Source of the DNA: Octopus vulgaris
Lineage: Eukaryota
Assembly (NCBI GenBank): GCA_951406725.2
Contig: OX597819.1
Location: 3,844,001 to 3,908,000, forward strand
DNA length: 64,000 nt
Direction of reading: 5' to 3'
Below are positions 40,557 to 54,335 of the stretch, piece after piece. Both the position numbers and the translations under genes were made by a program. Positions within the stretch are counted from its first letter, which is position 1; each line of letters starts with the position of its first letter. The notes beneath the pieces were generated by a model, which saw only the letters and a program-made list of their open reading frames with translations, did no database searches and was not told the origin of the DNA.

Positions 40557-40699
40557 GTACAAATGCTATAACGGAACCCTAACACGGATCCCTAGATCCA
40601 ATCTTTCGCTGTGGTCTTAGAACCTAATGGTCGACCGATTATGGCTCTTATCCAGCGTACTTATTGACTTTGATCACAAGTAAACTGAACCCCTCATAG

Positions 40700-40735
<36 letters not shown>

Positions 40736-40767
40736 AAGAACGGTCACTTTTACAGTGATCGTTATGT

Positions 40768-42312
40768 ATATGGCAAATAAAAGACGGAAGATGGAATATA
40801 CGAGAATTTATTAATTACGACAATTGTTTCGACACTATTCATGTCAATGAACTACCAACGAAAACTCATAGACACACGCGTCATAATAATCCAACTCCTT
40901 GTCCCAACCCTGTACAGCAAACTCGATCAAATAAGCCTAACGACGGATATAAGAACCAAGATGTCCTTTGGTTCATCTCGATTTTCGGTTCGCATTTTTC
41001 AACCAAGATCGCTGGAAAATTTTTTGCTGCTTTAGACGAATGTTTTCCTAAATCTAATCGTTATCAAGCTATACTCTGTGAAGGTATCCTACGCCAGGTC
41101 TGCTAATTTAGACTAGCTTATGCATCGCATAAACAGTAGCAAAATGCAGTAATAGTGCAATAACCCACCTACTGGATCTTGCGAACATATGCAGGTGATG
41201 TAAGCTGCAATGATATAAATACCAATTACCACCACATTGTATTAGTAGAAATAGTTATGATAGAGCTAACACGGTAACAACGTCGGTAAATGGAGTCGGG
41301 ACTGCGTCGTATACAAATAAATACGATAAATGCCCATGCGAAGACAAATCAAAATGTCCTTTGATGAATCTCTGTATGAGAATAACTTTTTTATCTAAAT
41401 GTACCGAGCATACAAGGGGAGGGCCGTATGTTTACATTGGGTAGACGGCTGATTCATTTAAGAATCATTATCGTAACCATGTCGCTATCTTTAAGACAAT
41501 CAATAACAGACATTCAGCATCTTTGGCCGATTTTGTATGGGGACTGAAGGGGAATAAGATGAAGTACAGCATAACTTGGTCCATAGTAAGGCATGCGAAA
41601 TCGTACAATATAATTTCCAGGAGATGCCGCCTCTGCTCCGAGGAATCCCTGTCTATTCTGTGGACTAACGAGAAGATCCTTAATAGAATTTCTGAAAGAC
41701 CCCCAAGATGCCTACACCCATATAAATGAACGTTCGCAGAATGCAGTGGGAAGAATTTTTGAGTAACCGTTAACATGATTTAATTTACTTCAAGGTATGG
41801 ATGACTTAAGTTTAATTTTAAATCCCGTCCCATTCTTGCAAACACTGAGTAAATAGCAAACTCGCTTTGTGATCATGAGTGCACCAAACCTCACGTGTGC
41901 GTATGCTCACATTTTCACGGATACTTGTATGAGCGAGTGGACTCGCACCATGCAGCTTGCCCGAAGGCGTTTATACATCCATTTTTGTTAACGGTTATTT
42001 TTAATACTTTTCTCGCTGTATTGTGTACTCGTTTTTCTTTTTTCCCCCCCATCTGTGATGTTATTTTTGATCTTCTATATAAATGAAGTTATTTCTTCCG
42101 TCCGTCTAGTTGGTTTTCTTTCTCCAAAACAAAAATTTACATTGCGGAACTATCATTTTAACACGTTGTATCTTTTTATCACCCAACGAGATACCTCTGC
42201 ATCGCTGGATGCCTCTGGATTAGTTTTTGAATGTCCCACCCATGAGGGATCGATGCTAGATGTGTCGAAACAATTAATAAATTCTCGTATATTCCATTTT
42301 CCGTCTTTCATT

Positions 42313-42320
<8 letters not shown>
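40768..42320 (+). mobile_element. 5'-truncated Penelope-like element (linker plus GIY-YIG endonuclease) with inverted terminal pLTR segments
   Basis: Broken frames: VLWFIS...KFFAALDECFPK...VKVSY, KCPCEDKSKCPL, VYIG*TADSFKNHYRNH, SLADFVWGLK...ITWSIV...SY...CRLCSEE. Termini atatggcaaataaaagacggaagatggaatatacgagaatttattaatt inverted at about 42271-42320. Both ends lie near (TA)n. Confidence 0.9.
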
Positions 42321-42365
<45 letters not shown>

Positions 42366-43829
42366 TATATACATATTTGCGGAAATGTTAACGTAAACAA
42401 CCGTGGGGATTTATATGTTCACTGATATACTAATATTAGTAATCATATTTTTATAAATGATTTTTTTTTATTTTGGGATTAACTGCACCAGAGGTGTAAT
42501 AGGCGTTGATTGTAGTGATAATGGTAACAGTAGCTTGCTAAAATAGATTCCTGAGACAAGCATATGCACGCTCTCTGATAGTAAGGAGATATATGATTAA
42601 GTAATGATAATGTTTTTAAAAGGATTGGTTAGATAAATGAAGTGAAAAGAAGTCTATAACTACGAATTAAAACCTACCTACACATTCATTCCCTCGGATG
42701 TTAATTTCTAGTTCTTTTGTATTTGCGTATTGATATCATAGACTTATTAATACACAGTATACGACAGTGGTCATTTTATCAACCATGGATGATTAAAGTA
42801 TAGTCAAACAGTACAGGATGTGAAATCGAAGTCTGGAAGAAATTAAACGTCCACTACTTCCTATCCACTAGATTAGAGATTATTCCCAGATTAGGTAGCA
42901 TTAAGTGAGCGGTAAATTTCACATTGTTATATCGAAATTAACTTATCTGCAAGAGTAATTGATACAGACGCTACAAATATATAATCGTTTACGAGTTTAA
43001 AGTGCTGCTGCTTACAATTGTGAGACCCGATCAAGATAGCCTTCGTCACGAATGTAAACAGCGCCAAGGACTAATTACAAACGGCTGCTTAATCGACTCA
43101 TAACATTGAAGTTCTCTGAGACTAAATATTATTTCGCATTTCATCTCTCGGTCATTATAATAATATTAGTGTTAGTGGTGAAAACAGTAGTTAAATGCTT
43201 TTGTAAAAATAAGAGCAAAGATATAGAAAAGAGAACTATATATACTAAAGTTCTGAGAAAGCCACTTTAAGCATGCATGCTTATCCGCTTTTTATTCGAT
43301 GTCAACCAAGTAAAATTGTGCTATGAATTCATAATTTAGTTCCAAGTATATGCTGATATTGTTTCCCTCTCGCCGTTTTCTCACAAAACTTTCAAGTGTG
43401 TTTCCAACTTGTATTATTGTGAACATGCAGTAAGGCTGAAATAAGTTCTCAACTATTCTTAATGTCACGTCTGAGCCCCAGTTCAATACAGAGCGACATT
43501 AGAACAATGCAGTTTTCTGATAATTCAATTTCTCATTTCAGAATGATTCCAGATCAACTCATTCACTGGTCAATCTACAATGATTTTCTTTGTCTGGTCT
43601 CTTGCTTGAGCAAAAACTACGCTGTCTAACTGCCTTAGAACCAACAGAAATATATACAGAGATGACATTCACGAGTCTGTGTGGCTAAGCAATAATCTAT
43701 ACTCGTACAAACTGGAACTAGAATTTCTTAAATTATCAACATAATTATTCCTACAGCCATGTCAACATCAGCATTGAGTTAAATGTCATGAATATGGTAA
43801 GCAGCACCAACTGAATTTATGCCATTATC

Positions 43830-43849
43830 AGTAGTAGTAGTAGTAGTAA

Positions 43850-43913
<64 letters not shown>

Positions 43914-43955
43914 TGTAGTAGTAGTAGTAGTAGAAGTAGTAGTAGTAATAGTAGT
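43830..43955. repeat. (AGT)n microsatellite
   Basis: Seen directly. Confidence 0.97.
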
Positions 43956-44489
43956 AAGGATGAAATTATTTCACTAGCTTAATTTTCTAATAAATGTATT
44001 TATCACTTAAAGTTAATTACTGATAATGATGACGATGATGACGACAATGACGACGACGATGAAGGTGATGTTGATGATGATGGTGGTGATGATGATGATG
44101 ATGATAATGATAGTTATATCAACAAAAGTAATTGCTTTATACTATACACCATTATAGTAATAAGTGTCTTTTGCAACCATCGATGATTAGGATTGTAATA
44201 TTTCTTCTGGCGATTACTGGAATTCATATTTTGGAAAACTGAAATTTCAGGCCGGAAGTATAACATTTTTACTTTTTCAAGCAAGTGTGAAATTGTCAGT
44301 CGATGGAGTAGCATTTCTACATTCTTCCTGTCAATATTGCTGTACAATAATAAAAGGACACTGAAGCTAATCAACTTTGTTTAAAATTCACTATTTTCAA
44401 TGAGAAATTATTGATATGAAATAATTATAATTTTTCTAAGTTATAAAGATAGCCCAGCATAGAGTATACCAAGTCTGTAAATGTTTTTA

Positions 44490-44680
44490 AATGCTTAGCG
44501 GCATTTCGTCTGCCGTTACGTTCTGAGTTCAAATTCTGCCGGGTTCCACTTTGCCTTTCATCCTTTCGGAGTCGAAAAGATAATACCAGTTGAGCACTGG
44601 GGTCGATTTAATCGACTTAGCTCCCCCCCCCCCCTCCGCCACGAAGCTAACTGGCCTTGCGCCAAAATTTGAAACCAATA
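44490..44680 (+). mobile_element. SINE family A, 5'-truncated
   Basis: atgcttagcggcatttcgtctgccgttacgttctgagttcaaattc...gcctttcatcctttcggagtcga. Confidence 0.85.
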
Positions 44681-45414
44681 TTTTGAAGGAGCTGAAAAAC
44701 CTTTTCCTCAAAATATGAAATACACCATCTATCTGCCTCTCAAATTCCTATAAGATTTTAAGATAAATTTGATTTCGGTCAAGTAAATATCTGAGTATCA
44801 TTAGATAATAATACAATGTACAAAACTGGTGACACGTGACTTTTTCGATGTATTACACATAGGTTATGAATTCGCTCCGTTTTATTCACTTGATATTGAA
44901 CAAAGCAGAACTAATTAGTGAAGACAGTAGCCACATCTGCTGCAAAATATTTAAATTCTATAAACTATAAAAAAATTGTTTCATGAAATTCTACTTATTT
45001 GTTGTATTGTTTTAGACCTCCCAATGTCACAATTTCAGTTTAACCATCCCAGGATTTAGTTAATTAAGTCATGTTATTTTTTAAAATATTTCTATCAGTT
45101 TTTGTCCTCAATTGTTGGACAAATTACCCTATTTTCCTTGTTATATGCCTTCTTTCTTCTGACGTTGTTTCCTGTGCGTTTGATACCAAATGTAACCTCC
45201 TCAATCTTGTATTTATCAGTCTTCCATTTAAATACCTTCCCTACCACCAGTGTTCTGCTTCTAATCAATGTCACAAAAGTTAATCATATCCTTGATTACT
45301 TGATACTAACAAGAGCGATAGAATTGTAATATCAATAGTTATCAAGTTTGCCTACTCACTCGAGCACATTATTGATTGCTTTCCTTTGACTTTTGTTTGT
45401 TTATCCCTACTCAC

Positions 45415-45475
45415 ACGATTGCAAAGAACCAGCTAACAATAAAAATATGGCGCCAAACACAAGGACAAGTAACAT
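45415..45475 (-). CDS. First coding exon portion (signal peptide) of a secreted Cys-rich protein; full exon about 45558-45415 including 5' UTR
   Basis: Minus strand reads ttttctaatttctag|ATGTAC..., then an in-frame TAG, then ATG TTA CTT GTC... = MLLVLVFGAIFLLLAGSLQS plus one nt (T), then consensus donor gtgagt (45414-45409). The hydrophobic N-terminus is signal-peptide-like and the phase-1 end matches the next exon. Confidence 0.7.
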
Positions 45476-46039
45476 TAAAATGTGAAATGGGAAGATATTG
45501 TCCAGCAACAATAGCTACTCAAAGACATGCCGACAGTATGGTATACAGTTCTGTACATCTAGAAATTAGAAAAACTAACCAGATTAGAGAGCTGTGGATG
45601 TAAAAGACTGGCTAAGACTTTGCCGCTATAATTGATTAAATACCGTAAATAAAATCATTTGAATTAATTTCAGAATTAAGAGACGACAGAGGATGCGATG
45701 ATTAAATTAGAAATATTAAAAGAGTGTTATTCAGAGCAACAAAAAAAATCAATGAATACACTAGGAGGAGGTTAAAAAGAGAACGTAAAGGCGTTGGAAA
45801 TAAAATTAATCAATTGCTTTTAAGATTTTGTGCAAGCATGTGTATATCAGTTCGTCTGGGTGTTTATATGAGCGCAAACAAGAGTTAGTGTTTAGGTTTC
45901 CTGTTTTCGTGGACATATAACTATCTCACAGGCATAATGTCTATATTTCCAGAAATCTTCATATACGTATATAAGTGTATATGTAATAATTTAGCTTATA
46001 CACAAATACATGTTCCTACACTTTTATATATACATACTC

Positions 46040-46442
46040 TTTTACTATTTTACTTGTTTCAGTCATTTGCCTGCGGCCATGCTGGAGCACCGCCTTTAGT
46101 CGAGCAAATCGACCCCGGGACTTATTCTTTGTAAGCCCAGTACTCATTCTATCGGTCTCTTTTGCCGAACCGCTAAGTGACGGGGACGTAAACACACCAG
46201 CATCGGTTGTCAAGCAATGCTAGGGGAATAAACACAGACACACAAACACACACACACACATATATATATATACATATATACGACAGGCTTCTTTCAGTTT
46301 CCGTCTACCAAATCCACTCACACGGCATTGGTCGGCCCGAGGCTATAGCAGAAGACACTTGCCCAAGATGCCGCGCAGTGGGACTGAACCCGGAACCATG
46401 TGGTTGGTTAGCAAGCTACTTACCACACAGCCACTCCTGCAC
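46040..46442 (-). mobile_element. SINE family B, full length
   Basis: Complete head-to-tail match with 12030-12580. Confidence 0.92.
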
Positions 46443-46655
46443 CTATACATAAGTATACTTTCTGAAAATATACACCAGCCCACAATGATATAGAAAACCG
46501 AACACAAAAGGACAATATATCTCAACATTGGATTCAGAAGCAATCGTCAGACGAAAATACGTTGTTCACTTTTGAATACGTCTGACATTTACCTTATTAC
46601 TAGTAATAATAGGGGGTCTGCCTCTCATGTGTATATATATATATATATATACATA

Positions 46656-46915
46656 CAGGGGTTGGGCAAAATAATGGAAACACCTACCATCATAGCATCA
46701 TAATTCTGAAATATCTATCAAAACGTCAAAAGCTTGTTTATTTTTATATCGTTTTGATTTATTATTACCGTTGCTTAATATGTTTTACTAAAATTGCTGT
46801 TCGTTTTCAGATATCATCCGAAAAAGATAATTAAAATTCATTAAAATGAAAGATCTATCAGGTTTTGAAACCGGTCAAATTGTTGGTGCTCGTATGGCAG
46901 TCACTAGCGCAACTC
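46656..46915 (+). mobile_element. Tc1-like transposon 5' fragment
   Basis: ta|caggggttgggcaaaataatggaaacacc TIR-like start. Transposase N-terminus MKDLSGFETGQIVGARMAVTSA, then truncated. Confidence 0.78.
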
Positions 46916-47032
46916 TCTAAATATCTTACACTGAACTATTGTACACCACCAGCCTATTTCATATCATGAATGATTATATATACAAATTACACGCACCCAC
47001 CCTACCACAAGTGTATGTCTCTATGCAATATG

Positions 47033-47109
<77 letters not shown>

Positions 47110-47639
47110 GGAGCTTTCGGGGTTATACATGCAGACATGCACTCTCATTTATATAAATACACACATATATACATGCATACATACACACATGCATACACAC
47201 ATACATACATACATATATGTGTATGTGTGTGTGTGTGTGTGTACATATGTATGTAAGTGTAATGTGGTACCTTCATTTATTTCACTTAGCTTCTATTATC
47301 AACCCTTAGTCTATGTAGATCAATTAAGTATCTTTGCGGAAGCATGAGCTACCTCTTTTATTGTCACCTGTTTTATTGCTGCCGCTTTCAAGACAATTTC
47401 AAATCACCAGCCTCTAACTAATACTCTCTTGTTTATTAAGTAATTGATTAATTGATATATTTATTTATTTATTGCATTCCATTTCTAATCTGTATGTTCA
47501 CAGCGCAATTGTTATTTTCTCTATCTCTGTTTCCACAAATTGTTTTGTTCGTCCTTCACTTATATTCACATCAGAGATGTAGTTTTATATGCACGTATAT
47601 TTTGGCTTATCACATCATACTAACAACCATATTGATCTC

Positions 47640-47940
47640 AAATTCCAATAAACAGGTGACCATGTGGATGCTAACTGTGGCCTGGGAGAAACATATGCAA
47701 GAGGCTCATGGGAGAGCTTGCCAAATACCAGGGGTCTGGTAAAGCAGTGTAGAAATCGGGGATGTAAGGCACGGTGCAAGGCACGGTGCAAGGCAATAGA
47801 AGTGCGCTTCCAAAAGGAGGTCCAGAAGTTGCATTACATAAGTTCCATTAAAGAGAGCTGATCTGTGGTTTGTACTACTGATGCAAACAGAGACTTGATC
47901 AACCCATGAAGATCAGAGAAAAACCACTGATGATGCATTT
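47640..47940 (+). mobile_element. R2/HERO-like LINE 3' fragment (restriction-like endonuclease)
   Basis: KQVTMWMLTVAWEKHMQEAHGR...KYQGSG...CRNRG...CKAIEV resembles the ELTVPWE...AHERK..KY..L...C...G...P.EVG motif. Frameshifted. Confidence 0.72.
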
Positions 47941-48256
47941 CATAATCCACAAGAGGAATCTTCAAATTATGTAAATATACACACAGTATTACGATCGCGA
48001 TTAGTATCTTCTAAATTTTCTCTAAACCCTTACGGTTTATCTGGGAGTAACTTTTCCTTTTTAAACTTTTTTTTCATTGGCTGTACCTTCATTTCTATTG
48101 CAAGCAAAAGAATCAACCTGTTAAGAGACAATTTTACTTATTTTTCCCTTCGTAGAACAAATCTATGTTTAATGGAATGAGGTATATCTTTCAACATATA
48201 TTTTTTATGCTATTTTCGCTTTAGCGATAAATCTTTAATAATGGTATATAAAATTT

Positions 48257-48450
48257 AAGGCAGCGTGCTGTCAGAAATGTTAGCAAACCGGAAAAAGGCT
48301 TAGTGACATTTTGTCTGACTTCAAGTTCCACTGAGGTCGGTTTTTGACTTTCATCCCTTTCGTGGTCGATAAAATAAGTACCATTTGAGTACTGTGATCG
48401 ATTTAATCAATTTGCCATCTCTCTCGAAGTTACAGGCGTTGTGCTAATAT
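48257..48450 (+). mobile_element. SINE family A, old copy
   Basis: Diverged head and core tttcatccctttcgtggtcgataaaataagtacc. Confidence 0.75.
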
Positions 48451-49604
48451 TTTGATATAGAATAAATGATTTCGATTTATTTCTATCTCTCTCTAGTAGA
48501 AAGTAAGGGTTAGTTAATTACATCACATGATTTACTCTACAGAATAAAAGAAATATTTTGGAAGACAGAAGGATATAAAAATAAAATGGAGATCATTTGC
48601 GTAATGGAAATTGTTTTCGTTCATAGTACAAAATTCATTAGTTTAATGGAAAGAGAAGTAGCTTCATTTTAAAATTTACGTACAGTTTGTAACATTCCTA
48701 ATTGTCTTTCTTGCAAAAATAACTATTGCAGCGGAAGATGTACCAATAATTGCGCGTATATCGTAGGTCACCTGTCAATTGAGCAGCTATTGGGAAAATA
48801 AGCGTAGTCCTAGCTGCTTCCATTCGACTGCGTAACCTACCTACTTCTTCGTGCAAGTCTGGCCAATTTGCCAAGTCATAAACAGAAAAAAGACAAAAAA
48901 ACTCACGAGCTACGTCGTGTATTAATGTTGTTCAGTTGTTCATTTGGAATTTTTGTAGGGTTGTGAGTCATTCTTTCCTTTGTTATTCGTGCCTTACTGT
49001 TGCAAGAGAGATAATAATCTTGTCAGGAACCATTCATAATAATATTGTTTTATTTCATTTTTCGTCATTAAATAAGTTCAAGTTTAATGAAATACAGTAT
49101 ATAACAGAATATAACCTTATACATTTATTTATTTTTCGCTTCAGTTATAAAATTCTTAATATTTGTATATAGAAAGAACTTGTTATTATATTACATCATT
49201 TATACAACAGATTGAGGAAATATCTACGAATAGAGGAAGACGGATAAGAAAGTTATGTGGAGAGGGAGTAAGTTTTGTTCATAGGTCAGAGTTCATCATT
49301 TTCAATTTTAATTTGGCTTTCTCGTTGGATGTATTTAATGCTGTATTAACTTATTTTATACACGTTTCTTTTTCTTTTCCATATCCTTCACCGTTTTTCA
49401 TTTCATAATTGTATTTAGATACGTATATCTTATGTATATTCTATCGCCTTGTAGTCTAGCAACCACCTACACGTTTCATAGTTAATACTTTCCTTCTTTT
49501 AATATATTTATACATGTTTATGGCCTATCATTACATATATGCGTATGTATGTGTGTGTGTATATATGTATGTATGTATATTTGTGTGCGTGCGTGTGTAC
49601 ATAC

Positions 49605-49665
<61 letters not shown>

Positions 49666-49798
49666 AATGCACATACATGTACACACAGACACACATATAA
49701 TATATATATATATGTCTGTGTGTGCATGTGTTTGTTGTGCATGTGCGTGTATGTGTGTACATGTATGTGCATTTATATATATATATACATACATGCAT

Positions 49799-49835
<37 letters not shown>

Positions 49836-51372
49836 CACGTAACATTTATGGTTTTAATTATACTGTACAGTTCCGCTCATCCAATACCCTTGGGACTTGG
49901 GTACACCGGATCATCAGACATTCCTCTCTATAGAAAAAACAAAATAAAGTTTTTAATTAGAGCGTCGAATATGTAACTCTAATAAGCCGTACCCTTAATA
50001 TCTACTGTCTTCTTTTCACTCGACAAATTATTGTTACGAATGCCATATCCTATTTTAAAGTTTCTAAATTAATTAACTATACACATGCGTGTCTCTGAGA
50101 CTCCATATTTAAAAATAAAATAAAATAACTTCCGTGACCACATACCCAGGAAACGCTCACAAAGTATTTCATAAAGTAACACACACACACACACACACAC
50201 ACAAAATGTCACACGCATTAAAAAAAACTGACGGGGTCACAACTTTCAGACATAATTATTGAAAGCGTACGTCCTTACACAAACACAAGGTCACAAATGC
50301 GCGCACGCATACATACAAAGTAAACACAAACCTGATATATATAAACGCGTTCAATTCCACACCCACCTAGACGCACACACATACTCTTGAAACATAGTTG
50401 CACAAGATAAACACACTACTTTCCGACAATCTACACGAATACGCAAGCGTATGGATGGGTAACAGTTCGGGGGCCAGAGAGCTAGGAAAGTCTGATGAGC
50501 CCTTACATACAAAGAGAAAAAGATCTTGCTGCCTCTTTCAATTTTAAACGTTATTTCCCTCACTGGAGCGCGAAATCAGTCTCGGTCTGCTTTGCCAAAT
50601 TGTTGACGGAACCATTGCACAAGTACACATGTATATAGCATAACACAACAGTACATACTCTAACACGCAAACAACCATCGTATGCATACATCTTCACATG
50701 CGCATATCAAGCATAAACACAAAGAAGCACATCAACTAACGAACACTATTTTTGGCGTAACAATTACTGTCAATATCAGCCGTTACATTACATTTGTATA
50801 GTATGACCAAGAAACTTATTAAATATAAGTCAAGATTCGGTTACTGAATATTTCTCCAAATAACTGTTATTGATGTTTAAGGTCTTTCATACGACAATTC
50901 TTTCCTAATAAAGCCATTTTGCAATGGCTACTTTCAAACTAATGTACTGCTCTTTCATTACGTCTGTGCGAGATAATTTCCTAAAGTTCTTTTTCTCTTT
51001 CTATCAAGGAACGAAAGTGCCCTTGCTTTCGGTAGTTACCGAAGATTGATTGGCATAGAGCTCAGAGGTTACTGCCTTTGCTGTGTACATGAATTGTCTC
51101 ACAACGTAAACATTTACTGAAATGTCAGCAGATATAAACGAAGCCAGCCAGAACTGGATTGTATAAACGGACAAGTAAATATTTTCGCTGCTATAAGTCA
51201 TAAACAGAATCCTATACTGCAAACTGCTCCAGGAATATATGTTAGTCATCTGTGAGTATAGCAATTCACACTGGCATACAAATAAACTCATTCGTACCCA
51301 CCACATACATATACACACACACGCGCATATACATACATAGGTACATGAATATATATATTCTTATTCTGTGTT

Positions 51373-51586
51373 AAGGCGGTGAGCTGGCAGAAACGTTAGC
51401 ACGCGGACGAAATGCGTAGCCGTATTTCGTCTGCCGTTACGTTCTGGGTTCAAATTCCGGCGAGGTCGACTTTGCCTTTCATCCTTTTGGGTCGATAAAT
51501 TAAGTACCAGTTACGCACTGGGGTCGATGTAATCGACTTAATCCGTTTGTCTGTCCTTGTTTGTCCCCTCTGGGTAGTAAAGAAAT
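51373..51586 (+). mobile_element. SINE family A, young copy with TSD
   Basis: Near-consensus copy flanked by atatatattcttattctgtgt at 51351-51371 and about 51592-51613. Confidence 0.92.
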
Positions 51587-51614
51587 ATATATATATATAT
51601 TCTTATTCTGTGTA

Positions 51615-51940
51615 GGCGTAGGCATGGGTGTATTTAGCGGTTAAGAGGTTTGATTCGCAATCATATGATTTCAAATTCGGTTTCATAATGTATCACCTTG
51701 GGTAAATGTTTTCTGCTAGAGCACTAGTCGAGTAACGCTTTGTGACACATATATGCGTATATGCATGTACCTGTGCGCACATATCTGTGTTTGTCCACCA
51801 CCATCACTTGACAACCTGTGTTGGTTTCCTTACATCCACATAAGCCAGTGATTCGGCACAGACAAATGGATGAATAAGTTTAAGATTTAAAAATATAAGT
51901 TCAGAAATCGATTTCTTCAAGGTGATTTCCAGCACGGTCA
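51615..51940 (+). mobile_element. SINE family B, old copy
   Basis: Diverged head, caccttgggtaaatg, and ccaccaccatcacttgacaacc. Confidence 0.65.
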
Positions 51941-52354
51941 TATTCGATTCGCTTATGTGTGTGTGCGCGCGCTTGTTTATACATTACTTAATTATTTTGA
52001 AATATCAAAATGTGTTCATGTAAAACTGGGGTGTCTACGTAATTAATTAGTTTACGTACTTACGTGTTTGTGACGTGTACTTTTTCGGATATAGTCCAAC
52101 ACTTTTAAGGATTATTACTTACTCGGGTGTAGTCCAGCACTTTGTCCGCGTGGCGAGCGCATTGATACGCAGGTGTGACAGAGTTAAAATACATTCGGAA
52201 AATAGAAATAAATTTTAATGAGTAATACTTACTGGGATATAGTCTAACACTTAGGTATTTTAGGCTCCGTTTATTGTCTATATTCCCATTGTTTTTGGAT
52301 AGATTTCGGAGCAGTGTTTTATCACTCTCACATGTTAAACGTTCCCGGTATCAT

Positions 52355-52579
52355 CCTGGCAGAGACGTTAGCACGCCGGGCGAAATGCGTAGCCGTATTT
52401 CGTCTGCGTTACGTTCTGAGTTCAAATTCCGCCGAGGTCGACTTTGCCTTTCATCCTTTCGGGGTCGATAAACTAAGTACCAGTTACGCACTGGGGTCGA
52501 TGTAATCGACTTAATACCTATGTCTGTGCTTGTTTGTCCCATCTGTGTTTAGCTCCTTGTGGGTAATAAAGAAATAGGT

Positions 52580-52623
<44 letters not shown>

Positions 52624-52835
52624 TAAGCAAGGTGGCAGAATCGTTAGCATGCCGGGCGGAATGTTTGCGGTATTTTGTCTGTGATTACGTTCTGAATTCA
52701 AATTCCGCCGAGGTTGACTTTGACTTTCATCCTTTCGGGGTCGATAAATTAAGTACTGGTGAATCAGTGGAGTCAAGGTAATCGTCTTATCACCTCCCCC
52801 AAAATGGTTGCCCTTGCGGCAAAATTTGAAAGCAT
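52355..52835 (+). mobile_element. Two SINE family A copies (about 52355-52580 and 52625-52835) separated by (CAT)n
   Basis: Both match the family A head and core. Confidence 0.9.
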
Positions 52836-52859
52836 TATTATTATTATTATTATTATGTG

Positions 52860-53222
52860 AAAACTCACAGTTTATTTTGCTGGGTAAGATGGGAAGTGTC
52901 GGCTGCCCACAGCCAGCAGACTAAGGTGAAACGTGTTTACTGGACATGCTTGAAGAACCTAGCAAAGAATTCTTGCAGTTCCAAGCAATGCTGATTTTTG
53001 AAGGTGTTCTACCTTCACACATTCACCAATTTTTTTTTAGCTATGCTGGTTATTGAGTGCTGATACTTCCAAGTGCACCAATTACTATTTGTATCACGTC
53101 TACTCTCTTCATTGACCACAACTTTCGTATTTCCCACTTCAAATAATTGTTTATTTTTTCTTCTTCTCTTACATTGATCCTGTTGTCACCAGGGCATGCT
53201 ATGTCGATTATCATACATGTTA
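52860..53222 (-). mobile_element. R4/Dong LINE 3' fragment
   Basis: Minus frame CMIIDIACPGDNRINVREEEKI...LKWEIRKLWSMKRVDVIQIVIGALGSI. Ends in (TAA)n. Confidence 0.82.
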
Positions 53223-53239
53223 TTTCTTTTATTATTATT

Positions 53240-53424
53240 TTAACTTATCGACCCCAAAAGGATGAAAGGCAAAGTTAACCTCTGAGTTCTAACTCCGCCG
53301 AGGTCGACTTTGCCTTTCATCCTTTCGGGGTCGGTCAATTAAGAACCAGTTGCGTACTTGGGTCGATCAAACCAACTGATCCCTTCCCCCAAAATTTCAG
53401 GCCTTGTGCCTATAGAAGAAAGTG

Positions 53425-53425
<1 letters not shown>
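53240..53425. mobile_element. SINE family A core in head-to-head (inverted) arrangement
   Basis: tcgaccccaaaaggatgaaaggcaaagttaacct directly followed by aggtcgactttgcctttcatcctttcggggtcgg. Confidence 0.8.
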
Positions 53426-53482
<57 letters not shown>

Positions 53483-53499
53483 TATTATTATTATTATTT

Positions 53500-54170
53500 A
53501 ACACGTCACACTGTATCTAATGTCGTGATGTTGTTCATTGAAGATATTGTGTCCACCGAGAGTTTGTACTGTTTGTCAAGTCACAATAAGGACCTCAGAC
53601 AGACAGTACTTTACGCAAGATGCGTGCAGTTCCAAGTAATGCCGATTTTTGCGATAGATTGTAGGGTATTTCTAAAGTTTTCGATGACAATAAGGACAAC
53701 CTTTCTGCTTGACTCTCTGAGCGATCTCAATCCTCAGGTCTCCATATTTGTTCTTTCTTCCATGATAATATGTTCATCTGGCAGTGCCACATCGATTATT
53801 AGGTACTATTGTTTGTTCCTCCTCAAGTGGCCTGAACTCTTTACATGAACACCACCCTGTACTTAACTCCATGTCCCCCTACATGGCCTTGCTATTTGCT
53901 TTTGAGCCAAATTAACTAACCAACTAACTAAAGGTTACTATATTCAGCGTTCGGTGCTCTGACACGTTGTCTGTCTGGAAGTCAAAGCCCCAGAGGATTT
54001 TTGCCTTCATCTTTTTGTCCATTACCATTTCCGGTGTATGTTGGTACCAAGCAGCCATTACCTCGTATCTATACTTTCAGCATAGTATCCAGTTAAGGTT
54101 TCGGGCTATCTTGTGTCTGCACCTGTATTCATACTGTGTGAGACTTTCACAAGCACTACCACGCTCCGGA
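53500..54170 (-). mobile_element. R4/Dong LINE fragment (endonuclease region)
   Basis: Minus frames give KILWGFDFQTD...EHR and IIDVALP, homologous to the 7608 ORF. 3' end at (TAA)n 53425-53500. Confidence 0.72.
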
Positions 54171-54335
54171 TAAAATGCTTTACAGCATTTCATCCATCTA
54201 CGTTCTGTCTTCGAATTCCGCCGAGTCCAATGTGACTTTTCATCCTTTCAGGATCGATCTGTGAAGCACCAGTCGAGCACTGAGGTTGATGTAATCGACT
54301 AGCGCCAACCTTCAACATTTCAGGCCTTGTAGAAA
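54165..54335 (+). mobile_element. SINE family A, old copy
   Basis: acgttctgtcttcgaattccgccgag...tttcatcctttcaggatcgat...gatgtaatcgact. Confidence 0.75.

Noticed and set aside
50480-50520. ctgatgag near gaaa as a possible hammerhead
   Set aside because: No stem II or stem III pairing consistent with the core.
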